NCBI RefSeq assembly: GCF_963853765.1
Contig: NC_088858.1
Span: 8,680,001-8,744,000, forward strand
Length of the DNA: 64,000 bases
Origin: Magallana gigas
Taxonomy: Eukaryota
Reading direction: 5' to 3'
Below, one piece after another: positions 13,469 to 27,300 of the stretch (the first letter of the stretch is position 1; each line of letters opens with the position of its first letter). Made by a program: the position numbers and the translations under genes. The notes beneath the pieces were generated by a model. It was given only the letters and a program-made list of their open reading frames with translations, was not told the DNA's origin and made no database searches.

Positions 13469-14765
13469 CATCTTCAATGGGCCCATTCACGTTGATTTGG
13501 ATCCACTGGGTAACTTAAAACACCGGCGTAGCACTTATCCAATCATAGAAACAAGGGAGAGATTTTCAAAAAATAATTAGTTGATTTGTCAAATAAGTTC
13601 TTGGACACGTTTCTCTTAGTGAATCAAGTTTTCTTAAACGAGACGTTCGTTTATCAGCACGTTAACTTAGAAAACATCTGTAGCCCAGATACCTGCTTGC
13701 CCTACAATGAAACAATCATCATGAAGCTACACAGGAAGTTCCACAAACGAAGTCTGGAAAACGAAAGGGGACAGAGTCTAACCCCCCCCCTTCCCGGACT
13801 TCACCGGTAGGGGACTAATAAAGGAGTGAGTGAATCCATGCCTGTAATTTTAAAGTGTTACTTTTATGTTCAAACATAACTTCGTACTAAAAAAGAATTA
13901 ATCTAAAGGAGCTGTTAGATGAAAACTGTGTGCATGATGGACGACAACTCTGATAGATTAAACATTCTGACTTAGCAAGCTAACAGTATATCTAGATATG
14001 GAATGATATTGGCGTAAACAGATTAGATACTTTTAACCTGCTTTACAAAGTGATATTAAAATTATGTATCGATATATTAATATTATCCAATTTCGATGAT
14101 AGGGGCCAGTGGTCTAACCAAATAACTATCGGTATTTGTTCTTGAAAAGCATGAAATATTTGATTTTTATATATATATATCTATTTTCCGTGTTAACAAA
14201 GAAGTTTAACCCAACAGCAGAAAAGAAATTAAAACAGTTCAGTTTTTCCATGCTTTTAAGTTTATTTGTCAAATACAATTCCAAATTCTTTTGAATACGA
14301 ACCGCCTGTAGGTAGGCCTAATGACCTACTTTTTATCCTATATTCATTTTTGCTCTGATATATACATATCTAGTTGAAATCAATTACATAAATTTAATTT
14401 AAGGGAAAAAGAAGAAGAAAAAACTGAATAAAAGTGCCTTTCATTCAAGTATTTCCAGCTCTGCGTTTTTTCATATGAACTGACGACTTACAACCAAAAG
14501 CTCATTATTTTCAAGATTCCATAGGTTTGATCGCAATACCAATAAAACACACTTTACTGGAATGTGGTAAAATATATGGGTCATTATCAAAATATGCAGA
14601 CTTTTAAAATATGTAAAACATGAGAAAATTATTGGTGAAAAAATTACTTTGATTGCAAAAAACACATTTAACAAACAATGAAGTATAACATCTAAAAATT
14701 TGCAAACATTGGAATCTACCATTTGGTTGATAATTAGACTAAAATTTAATGAACTGTGAAAATTT

Positions 14766-16057
14766 GGTCAGTGGTGTAACAGGCATATAGTATAGGAAAA
14801 AATTCTTAAATAAAATAAAATAATTCTTTTAAATTGATGGACATAAAGTTTATATCAACAAACTTCATTTAAAGTTATTAGAATTAGATAACAGAAAATA
14901 TTTGACACATTTACATAGTGACCAACATAACATTTGAGACAAAGTCTTGATGTTACTCAACAAATTTTTAATTTGAGCATTAAAAAGAACACAACTGGAT
15001 TTTTCTTTTAATGGAGCATAAAAAAAACATTATTACTAAAACCGATTTGGTTTGACTTTTCCGATCGCGTCGCGTTCAACTTTTTCAGCTACGTCATACA
15101 TAAACAATACCCGCACCTTAACCACAGTTTTTTTATTGGTGGATTCAGCTTACCGCTGATTGGCTGCTGGTTAACTAAGACTAAATTATGCACGGACAGA
15201 ACAACAACATATCAGAGAATGAAAAACTCACATGGGTACTCGTGACTGTCGAAATTGGGCTATTTTTCGAAAGTGTACACTTGTGATAAAACAATACATA
15301 CGGTACATAACATATATAGCTGTAGCTCTGTGTATAAATTTTGGGTTAGAAAATATAAAGCTACAGTGCATACAATACTTACATGTACAAAAAAAACTTT
15401 ACGGCAATTTGCCGCGTATAAAAATAACACTATTTTTAAAAAATATTTACATCATACCATACCACATTTTGTGCAAATAATCCATTTAAATAATTCTTCA
15501 TTTAGTTTACTACTGTTAATAATTGTAGCTTTACCCGCCCCAAACTTTCTCCTATTAAACAACCTTTAACCGTACTCGGAAAGCGGATCAAGAACTGTAT
15601 TTTTTATGTATGTAAACAAACCAGTGTTCATGTATGGAGCGGGTGATCGGGGGTTCAGAGACAGGTAAAATAAAGAAATCTGCAGTAAATGGTTTGTGGA
15701 TATTTTATTATATATATTTACACCGAAAGTGATAGGGCAACAGAAGAGAAACGAATCGGACACTTGCCTAATGAAGACGCACATGTACAAACCTCCTTGC
15801 ACTCTCCATTTCCGTCTCGTTCTTTCACACCATCGTTCAATACTTTTATTGACTGTCGATTGCCGATCGACAGGTGTAGAAATCGAGGAATTCATACCTA
15901 TCACTTTGACTGGCAAGTTAGTAGGTAATACATGTGCATTATACAGTTACGGTATTTACATGAAATGAACGCTTAGCACATGCAACTTTTAAATATTATA
16001 TTTTTTATAACGCCGTACTCTGGACCGTAGCTTGAGGCTATGGTTTAACGCCCGTTT

Positions 16058-16114
<57 letters not shown>

Positions 16115-17800
16115 AGCACAGAATTTAAACAAACGGGATAGTCGCTTTTGAATGAATAATATTGGGGGGAAATAAACTGTTCTGAGAAATCCTTCAGCTC
16201 TGGCATTGCATAAGCGTATACTGATAACTCGGCCTAAAAATAGGAGTTAACCAATCATATAGTTTTCACACCGGCGGCGTGTATAATTTATGCATGACGT
16301 AGCTGACAGAAATGATCGTGACGCTATAGGAAAAGTCAAACCAAATCGGTTTTGATAATATTGTAAATGCACTGGTGTTTTCAAATATACATGAATCATT
16401 GTCAGTTAATTTTATTTGGAGAAAAATGTACACGTTACACCACTGATTATTATGTTTTACCACTGACTAAAAGTTACACCACTGACCTAGCGATAATAGA
16501 TAAGAGATAAGTGTGTTAAATTTTGTAAAATAAACTAATTTCTTTTTTTGATTGCATTTAAAACATGATAAATTTGATCTTAAATAAAAGTTTTCGTGCC
16601 TCCTTCTTTCATAATCTGAAGATAGACACACTGTTACACCACTTATAATCAGTGTTACACCACTGACACAAAAATGGCATGTAGATGTTTTTTTACATGA
16701 ATTCACTCATTCTTTGATGTTATATTTTTTACTATTGGCATCCACACACTTTTATCCACCTTGTACCGAGTTCGAACTTTCTTCGGCTCATCAATCTCAC
16801 AAACAACATCTTAAATACTATACCAGCTCATATCAATCATACACTTTGGATAATAAAATTGAAATTTCTCCAATTTTCTCCAAAATCTATGCATACAATG
16901 CATATACACTTCCTCTTTGTCTATATATGTTTTTTGAAGCTCAGCTAGCATTTGTTACCTTTAAGTATTTGAAAGATTTTAGTATAACATAATAGGGAAT
17001 GTGAAATGTCAGTGGAATAACATATATTATTGTACACTATAAGTGCATTAAAAAATTTGATTTTTTAATAAAAATATGATGTGGATAATTTCATTTCTTT
17101 ATTAGAATAAATTTGTTTTTACTTTTATCTTTTAATCAAGTATTTAAATGGGTAAAACATAATTAGAGCATACAAAATGTCAATGGTGTTTCAAATAATG
17201 TCAATGGTGTAACAGGTCTCATTTTCCAGATTAAGAAAACACAATTGCAATTAAATAGTCAAGCTTTCTTTATTGTGACAGTGTCTAACTTGTAAAATTG
17301 ATAAATAACAATTGTTCAAAATGCTCAAAATATAAATGAAATGGAAGAAAAAGTAAAATAATTAAATAATGTCATGTGGTGTAACAGTTTTTTCAGTGGT
17401 GTAACAACAATTTTTGGTTACACCACTGACCGTTATACCACTGATGTATCCATAGTAAATGTAGCAGTATGACCCAAGAGAACAGATACTACACGAAGCT
17501 GCATAGCCTATGTTATAATGTGATAAACATTCATCATTTATGTGAAAAACTTTTTTGTTCTTTCATAACAGAAAACCTTAAATAGCACGTTATCCCACTG
17601 ACACAGTTTACATTGTATTTTTCGGAGCATACTAACATTTTCTGCCATATTTTCTATCACAATGATGTCATCACTGATACATTTATCTTTTTAGTAGCAG
17701 GGAATGATGTCACTATGATCTGGGGGATTCCAACTGTAGTACAATATTATTTACTTGATGTATTTTAAGATATTTTTATATAATTTGCCTTGTAACACCA
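14766..17800. mobile_element. Remnant of a DNA transposon or foldback element with repeated CAGTGGTGTAAC-type motifs and an internal 65-bp inverted repeat
   Basis: GGTCAGTGGTGTAAC at 14766 vs GTTACACCACTGACC at 16473; inverted repeat 15038-15102 / 16289-16353; roughly a dozen motif variants between 16430 and 17800. Boundaries are uncertain. Confidence 0.5.
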
Positions 17801-19818
17801 ATGACAAAAATTTTTTGTACAAGCATATATCTCATCAAATTCATTGTTTTTAAAAGAGAACTTGTTAAGGAGCATAGCAGAAATTAAAATATGAATGTTG
17901 TTTTGAAAATTAACGGCGATTTTTGGAATAAAACATCAATATTATTGAAGATATTGTAGGTTAAAGACGTTGGAAAAATTTAATGACAACATAAATTCAC
18001 TGAAATCTCATAACAAATAATATTTTTTTTATACTTTAAGCAGTAAAATTGTCGATTTATTTGTTCAACAATATGGGTTTAAGTTTCTAAAATCCAATGG
18101 TACTGTATATATTCCCCAGAAAATTATTTTTCCCCCTTTAAATTGACACTGACACAAAAGGCTGCATATTTTGATAATGACCCATATACATTTTTTTTTC
18201 ATAAAATTTACCCTCCGAAGATCATTACATGTGTAAAGATACAAGAATTTGTCGTTTCTTCCTAATCACAAAACGTTTTAGAAATAAAGCCATTTTGTGA
18301 TATCGTTAAGCATGGAACAAAAAAAATTTTCAGACAACAATTACAGGGATTATTTTGTTTTGGTAAAATTACAATAAGATTATAATATTTGTGATTTTGC
18401 AACAGAGCAACTATTTTGAATAAAAGGACCAATGATAAGATTACATGTTATAAGTTTCTTCTTTTTAACTATAACTTTTCTAATTACCTGACTAAAGATA
18501 CAACAACAGAAGAACGTGCCCTGTTATATTGAACTGCCCCCAGCTCCAGGTTGCTCGTCATGAAACAACACATCTTACACTGGACATGCAGGGGTCACAG
18601 TTAATCGTTTCCGGCAGAGATCCACCCCCTGGGGTATTGCTTTGTTTTCAGGCGGGGCTGTAAGGGACGGGATGTTAAGTATTACGAGTGTCCTGTTGAT
18701 GATCGGCGTTATGCAATAGTGATTTATAAGTACTTGTAAAACAAAGAGATGGGGGGGGGGGGGTAAATAAAAAATGCTTCTTTTTACAAGCCCCTTATTC
18801 TTTTGCCGAATAAAATGGAAACGACAAAGAATTATCTTCTACAATCTATAATTATAAAAATTAATATAGATCTCTACTTTTATTTTTAATTTAAAACGAA
18901 ACAACTTCATATGAAGATCACTTCTTCAAAATAAAAGAGAATTTTTTTATGTTTAACAATCCACTCCGACTAACTTGTATATATAGATAAAGGTATCGAT
19001 AAATGGATTATAAAGATCAGAATACTATGCTATTGTTCCATTGATCAACAATAGCTGTTATCAATTTCCAGATTATAGCCTGGAATTAACACAGTACCGA
19101 TATAAGCGTCGAAGCCATCCTTCTCAGGTTTCTCGCGATAACGGGTGTTTTAATTACCGACAGTGTTGTGCCAATTCAAGCTCTTATTATTCTTAAATTA
19201 AGGCGAATAATAAAATCACAGTAATGTAGGAAATAAGGGCCATCTTATAAGGTCACAAAGTAAAATAATTTTAATAAGAACGATAGACACTTCACAAGAC
19301 CGCAATAAAAAGAATCAGACATTCATCGCATCCTTTCTTTTTCGCGCTCCTTTCTTCCTGGTCTTTGATGAAGACAACATTGCTTCTCTTCCCTTTTATT
19401 TATCAAACTCTATTAAACGCAATTAATCAATGGGGGAGGAATTTGGAGAACCAGTGCTTGTTTACTAGAATGTTTTTGAGTGTAATTGATAAACTTTTGA
19501 CTAATGCTTAGGGAAACAGCTCTTGAAGCCGACATCGCCGACAGACTACTGGCAAGGAGGGATTGGTGATATTTGGCAAATAAGTAAGGGGGGCTTCCTT
19601 TTATCACGTCTAAAAGCCCCGCTGCCGATCTTAGGTAATGACCATGTTCCTCAATGGAGAAATGTAAATAGCTCGCTGTGTTTGGATTAACGCTGCTCCA
19701 ACATCCGGGTCGCTTTGTTCACTCCATCACTTTGCTCCCTGTCGGTTCGGTGTGTAGGTGTTTGATTCAATCTGTTTTTGAAGTTTCTGAGATAGAGAGA
19801 AATCAGAGAGTCCTGACC

Positions 19819-22800
19819 ATGTTTTACCCACAACAAATGCTAAGTGTTATTATTGCTGGATTCATATCTGTCAAAGGTAAGTTAAGATATATTCTTGTAA
19901 AAGTCATTTACTCCTTCGCGTATGTTTTGTACATAGTTTTAAGAGAGGATGAAGCGTGTAATTTTTCAAGTTCTTACCTTTTTACCTCGATGGTTACTGC
20001 TTTTTTTTTAAAAAATGCCTGTGTTCCGGTATTATGTTAAGTTGAATTTTTAATGTTTTTTTGTGTGTGCGTATTTTTGTTTTCGGAGTGGAGCTTTTAA
20101 AACAGGAAAAGCAATTTACAGGCGTCTAGTGTCTAAATTCAATGCAGCGGTCTTGTGTTCAATTGTGATCGTTAACCCCAGTTATCTGTAACCAAGTGGC
20201 CAATTCTACACACACATGTCTTTCAACTACCGTCGAATGATGGAAACAATCAGGTTCCTGCTAATGCAGCATTAATTCTTAATCGTTATATTGCTTCATT
20301 ACGTTTATTGTGATATAACTACATTCCCCCCACACCAGAGTACCAACACGTGGTTCTTGTTACGACATTTGCACGTTCGTTACATATTTCTAGGTATCGA
20401 TGGACCAAGAAATCTGGTTTTCTCATCCAAGATTCTCACAGACCCTATTGACCTCATGTTGAACGCCAAAAAAAACCCACCATAATACCGACGAAATCAT
20501 CACATTCAGCTTAAAAATCGCTCTATGGGGTCTTGTTATATCGAAACTACAGAGAACTCGGGGGGTTTCTTCTCGTAAAGTGTCTAGATAGTATCAACGT
20601 TACTAAATTATTTGAATTTTTCAAATAAGTTTTAACAAAGTTATTTTTTGTATACGTACTCAAACAGATTTTTGTCTTGCTCGCCATGCCTCAGACGGAT
20701 TTTATTGAAACGCATGTTTGCAATTTATGAGGATATTCAAATTCTAATAAAAGTACTCTAATCCTAAAGGTTTGTCTTATTAAGTCTAGTATGTAAAATA
20801 AGAATTGTTAAGAGACTTTTAGATTATATCTAAAAGTATATATGGAGATAAAAGCTGTATAAGCAAAAGAGCTCGCACCTAGCCTAAGCCAAATTAACAG
20901 AATTCCGAACAGATAAGACACTCAACAAAAAACAATAACTGTATACCCTTTATCTGATAAGTAAACAACAAATCTCTTTATTTTGACTTTCGCTCGTGTA
21001 CCGTTTTCTAATTGGCATTTTTACATTCATGCCGACTGAATAAAAACCATCATCTGTTTCATTTATAAAACAGAAGCAAAGCCTTAAAGAGACAATTCTC
21101 TGAAGAAGCTAACAGAAAGAAATGACACCAAACTATAAAGATCAGAGGCGTTTTGTGGCCGTTTTATCAAAATACAATCCAAAGCAGCAGCTACCATTCT
21201 TAGAAGGGGCGTTTTCAAAAACGATCATCTCTTAGTCATCGCCTTATTATTCCCAGATATGTGTGTTAATAAGAGTAAAATTCTTCAGCCTTTGATATTG
21301 TGCATAATTAGCTGTTCTTCAAATGAGTCCAATGTTATGGTACTCGCCCCATTGTATTAATTGGTTTTCGGATTATTAGGGAGCTAATTGGACATGGAAA
21401 AATCAATTAGTCCTGGAACGAATCTACAGCGCGGTAATGAATACTCAATTTTATGACCGCCTATATCGAAATGAATAAAACCTCTTGTTCATTGGATGCT
21501 GGCTTTATGTCTTTACATACTGTTGCAACCAAATACATGTTTTATGTTCTTGTCGAAAACTATTTGCCTTACATCATACGCTGGCTTCTGTCAACCCAAT
21601 TTCGGAATTTTATTTCGTTTTGTAATCGATGTACGGGGGAATGTCGGGATAACATCTGATCTTGACCGCATGGGTTTGGTTGCTATTATCTACATCATTT
21701 GTCCTCGTGTATTACGAAACCATGGCTATAAATGACGTTATTACTTTGATCAGTCGACGGTATGTTTCCTATAATACAAATAATTCGTCTACTGCCTTAG
21801 CTTATTGCTGTATGTGATGCCATTTGATCGACAGAGGAGTATGCCCAGGCACTTAATAACTGCACCAAATGATATTTTTTATTAAATCATTTGTGTATAT
21901 AATTACCTACAGTATTCCTTAATGCCCACCAATCTAATCGATTAACTGAACGAGAGTTTGATGTACATTTTACAGAACAAAATATAAAAATATACTATAG
22001 GTACGCATGAATTGTTATGTAATTTTTCTGTAACAAGATATTTTGGCACTTATCCATTCAAGAGGTTTTTTTTTAAAACAAGGAAAACATAAAATTTTAA
22101 TGCTTCATACGAAAACGCATAATAATGATTCATCTCATTTCCTTCAGTGTTCACCACACACAAAACGTTGAAGGTATCAATTTCAAATTTTAATTACATG
22201 TTTATATATTATATTGATTCCCAAATTTTTCGATTGCTGCGCGAAAGGAAATGGAAAAAAAAATCTTAAGTCGCATATTTAATGGTGGGTGTCTCGACTG
22301 TAGTTTTCTTATAAGTTCTATATAGTACGAGAATAACGTCGGAGGCTGACTCATAACTCTGTGACCAGTTTGCTATCATTTACTGTTTGAGGTTTGGGTA
22401 AAATCGGCTCTTTCAGACATAACAAAACAGGAGTGTTTTGAATTAAGATTTGAAGATTTAACCTGGCGTTATTTACTGGCGTGGCACACTTTTAGAGGCT
22501 TGCGCCCCAGACAGATGGTTTCTTGGTTTCAACCACCGTTAAAGGCCGAACATTTTACAAACGCCCCCTTTTTTACCTGTACAAACTTCAAAATGATGCC
22601 GCTTGTCAATCAAGTTTGAAACAATAGCACCCAGTTTGATTGACGTGATTGTCCGAGCGTGATCTTGCCAGGTCCGCGGTTTTCTGTTTACTAGCAATTA
22701 ACAACGTGATCTTTGATATCTTCCGTCATGTATTAAAAAGGGGGGATTGAAAATTGATTTTTAAACATTACCAGTATTATGAAAAATAATTATTCAGTGA

Positions 22801-24306
22801 TTGAAAATACGCACAATTTATGTTTGAATTATGTTGAATGTGTGTGAGCTAATAAATTCCACGAAAATGCATGGACAGCTCCAAAACATATAAAATTTTC
22901 TTTTTACAACAAACGTACAATGTGCTACTAAAGCTATATTTACTGGTAATTCACTCAGTCAGAAGTTGGTGCATGTAAACGTCTCTCCATGGAAAACGAA
23001 CTCCATTAATTGTCGACGTATAATGGCTGTCTTTACATTCCACATTCTTACTGATCGTATGGTTTTCTTATACTATTATAATTGTTAAAATTAACTTTTT
23101 AAACATGCAATGTCAAGTGCTAAACACAATGTACTGAGTTATACTTTAATAGCAGAATTAATTTACTGCATTTTTTCATGTGCTTTGCACACGTGTGCTT
23201 AGAGAAAATTCGGACGACAATACCATTTCCGTATAAAATCGCTTCATATGGTCATTAGAACAATAAGATATTTAAACTAAGACCAATTCTGACTAATTCT
23301 CTATTTCCTGTGTATTAATTTGCCTCCTGTGTATAGTGATTAGCAGCGTTCATGACCGCAGGTAGACTGTGAGCCCCGGAGGCTTTCACACCTCTAATAA
23401 TTAAGCCCCGCCCTCACCTGAGATTTACCACCCGGTAAAAATGTTCGGCCTTTAAGGTGTGAAGAGATATAACTGAAACGTCATCGTATGTAATACCAAT
23501 TAACCTCCTCGTGTTTTCTCACCACACGCGAGATTTCAGACGAGATGGAATTCTGCTATGTAAACCTTGTCATGTTTTGTGATAATTAATTCGACAGACG
23601 ATAACTGGAATGCGCATCTTCACCCAAAACCTGTTCTAAGTATTGAAAAGTATCAATTTTCTACAAGCCTAATCTTCCAAGTTTTTGAAATATTCGAGTA
23701 TAGTAGGGTTTCCTGCAAATAGAGCAAAGAGGTGGTGTTTGTTGAAGGTTGATCATAACTGCACATGATATTCCGTTATATAATGTGTGTACATATCATT
23801 TCAGCTGCATGTAGTTATTTTACCCTTTATCTTGTTGCATTTAGTAAATACGACGTATTTTTGATGCGATATCGAATGTCTGATGCACATACATTTGACA
23901 TTTATGGTATATGTCTTATCATTTGAGGAACAAGTGATCGAAGTTGCATTTACCAAACATATGATATACAAAGATTATACAGTATGCCAAAGACTCAATT
24001 TTTCAACCGAGTCCATGCTTTACACAAGTAATACAGTGTGTCACAGACTGACTCCATTATTCAACCAAATCTATGACGTGCTTTACTGAAGTCAACTGCT
24101 GTTTATTAATAAGCTTGTTGGCACAGAAATCTGATGATCTATTACTTGTCTAAGAAAAAAACTTTGTACATTAAATCACGATTCATGAATGATTTAAGGA
24201 ACGAACTATTTTCAATGGTGATTCCTTTAAGACTAGGATGCTATAGGCTTGTTTAATAAAAGGACAAATGCCACGCTGTTAAGGAGGTTATTTATATACA
24301 TGTACA

Positions 24307-24376
<70 letters not shown>

Positions 24377-27300
24377 GAATAAGTCCTTGGTATAGGTAAC
24401 GATATAGAAAAATGTTTTCAGTAGACGATAACACAATAATCCATTTCTTTCAAATTAAATCCAGAGCGCTTTCGCCTGATCGGCTCTTCAGTGGATTTCA
24501 AATTATAACAGAAATAACAAACGTTGACGTCGTTATTATGACGTCATAAAGTAGACAACGTCACGAACAGTGTAAACAATGGGTGCTTTCCATTTAACCG
24601 GCATCGCCGGATTTGCCGGTGTTGCCTTCGTCGCCGATTGCTGGAACGCGCGTCGCCGGCGAGCGATTGTGGCAACGCAATATACCGTTGCTGATTAGGA
24701 AACAATATGGCGTCGATGTTATCATATTCTACAAAACTAGTATTTCTAAAACTACAATTTGTCGTACTACATTGAAATACATTAAAACTGCAAATAGCCA
24801 ACATTTTTGGATCAAATTTTAAGATAGGTATCAGTTTTAAGCTGCAATCGTCATCGTTGGATCATTGTGACGTTGCCAACCGTTCCATTAACGTCGCCGT
24901 TTCACGATAACGTCGCCGGCGAGGCAACGTAAATGGAAAGCGCCCTTTATTTGGAGATGGCGGCAAATATTTTTTACAAACACATGTAAACGTAATAAAA
25001 TATGTACAAATGATATTGTTTTAAAATAAGAGGTTATTGAAATGAAAGCTAAATAAAGTCAATGCAGAATAAATAATGCAATTATCGATTAAGTTTAGGT
25101 TTAAATTTTTTTATGAAATATTGTTCTTTTGCAAGTCGCAGCTGATCACTTTCCTCGCGGACTTTGTAAAATGGAAAAATTTCAAACCGGCCTCTCCCGC
25201 ACATATCAAAATGTTCACTACACGGAGTGTTACGAACAGAAGGATCCCTTATCTGCTGCTTATGTACCCTCACACGGTAGGCTAGTTTGGTCCCTGTTTG
25301 GCCAATGTAATTTTCTCCGCATCCATTACAGGTCATGCAATAAATGATGTTTTTAGATTTGCAGTTCATATTAGAGTTGACTTTGAAAACTGTACCGTTT
25401 TTAAATGAAATTGTTTGTCCTGTCTGAATATAGGCGCAAGTCCCACATCGAGAATCCTCGCATTTTGAAACCCGAAAAATTTCTTTAGTCGAAGTAAATT
25501 TGGCTCTTGTAAGAAGTTTTTTAAGGTTAGGGGGTTGTCGTCTGCTGTAGATAAGATTTTTTTCCTTTATAATATCCTTTAGAATTTTTGACTGATGTAA
25601 AATCGGTAAACAATGCCTCGTGGTATCGAAAATATTATGATTTCTAGGATTGTAGGTTACGACAAACAGGATCTCTGTGGAACTGTTTCCGGGTGTTTTC
25701 TCCCTGTTGAATTTTCGTAGTTCAGAAATAGGTACTTGTTTTGCATTTCGTATGGCTTCAGCCACAAGACCGTCGGGGTATTTTTGTCTACAAAGAAATG
25801 TTTTGAGTTCCTCCAATCTTTTGTTTCTTCTTTCTTCATTTGAAACTATTGTGCATATCCTTCTGGCCATATTAAATGGAATGTTGCGTTTCGTATGAGC
25901 AGGATGACATGAATTAAAAAGAAGGTACTGGTGACTGTCTGTTTTCTTGTAAAATAAATCGGTAGAAATATTGGTATTTTCCTTAATTATTAATACGTCC
26001 AAGAAGGGGAGCTCTTTCTCATTGGTTTCGATCGTGAATTGAATGTTTTCATGCAGATCATTGAGTAACTTGTGAAAATTTAATAAATCGTCGCGTGATC
26101 TGTTCCAAAAAATAAAACAGTCGTCCAGGTAACGCTTCCATTGATTTTTTATGTAATTTGCAAAATCATCTCCAAATATTTCATGGGTTTCAGCATACAT
26201 TTTTTCCTCAAGAAAGCCTAATACCAAGGTTGCATATGTTGGTGCAACTTTAGTGCCCATTGCCGTTCCTTTGATTTGTAAATAGTATTTATCGTCAAAA
26301 AAGAAATGATTGTTTTCAAGAATGAGTTGTAATCCTTCCAATATAAACTCTTTTGGAAATCTTTGGTCAATTTGGTGACCTTGCTTGTCCATCCAGAAAG
26401 AAATTGCTTCTAGCCCTAAGTTGTGCGGAATGTTCGTATAGAGACTAGTGACATCAAAGCTTACTAAAGTGGTGTTGTTTTCCACGGTTTTTGGTAAATG
26501 ATTTAGAAAGTCCATATCGTCGCGGATAAAACTGGGTATTGTATTACATAGTGGTTTTAGAATGATATCAATCAGGTTACTTAGTCTTTGTGTAGGGCAA
26601 GAGGGACCGGCAACTATTGGTCTGAGTTTTAAGTCTCCAGGTTGTGGTAATTTGATATAACTCGAATTTATTTTTTCCATCCCGTCTTTTAGTTCCTTTG
26701 ATTTGTGAATTTTAGGAAGTCCATAAAAATTACTATTCTTTGTTTCAAAGTTGACCAGATAATCCATTTCTTTTTCAGTCAAGTGATTTTCAAATTTTTT
26801 AGTGAATCGTTTAATTTTGTTCATGGTTTTACTGACTTCACACTCCTCAATTTCTCTATAGAAATGACCATCGTTGAGTTGTTCGAGGATTAATTTGTTG
26901 TAGTGTTCTTTATCCAGTATCACAATGGTTCCTCCTTTATCCGCTTGTTTAATTATAATGGAATCGTCTTCTATAAGACTTTGAATTGCATTACGTACTT
27001 GACTGCAAATATTGTTTTTTACTGGAACGTTGCTTTCATTAGTATGCGCTGCACTTTTAAGACAATGTATATATTCCTCTAAGTGTTTATCCCTATTTGG
27101 ATTAGGCTTAAACTTACTTCTGTTTTTCACTAGAGATACATCCGTGCTATCAGAGTCCTGAAAAAATTCCATCAGTCTTAGTTTACGGCAGAATTCTTCA
27201 GTGTCTTTGATAAGATCTGTGGTATTTCTTTGCGGCGTTGGCGTAAACTTAAGTCCCTTTTCTAGAAGTTTAATTTCAATTTCAGTAAGATCCCTTGATG

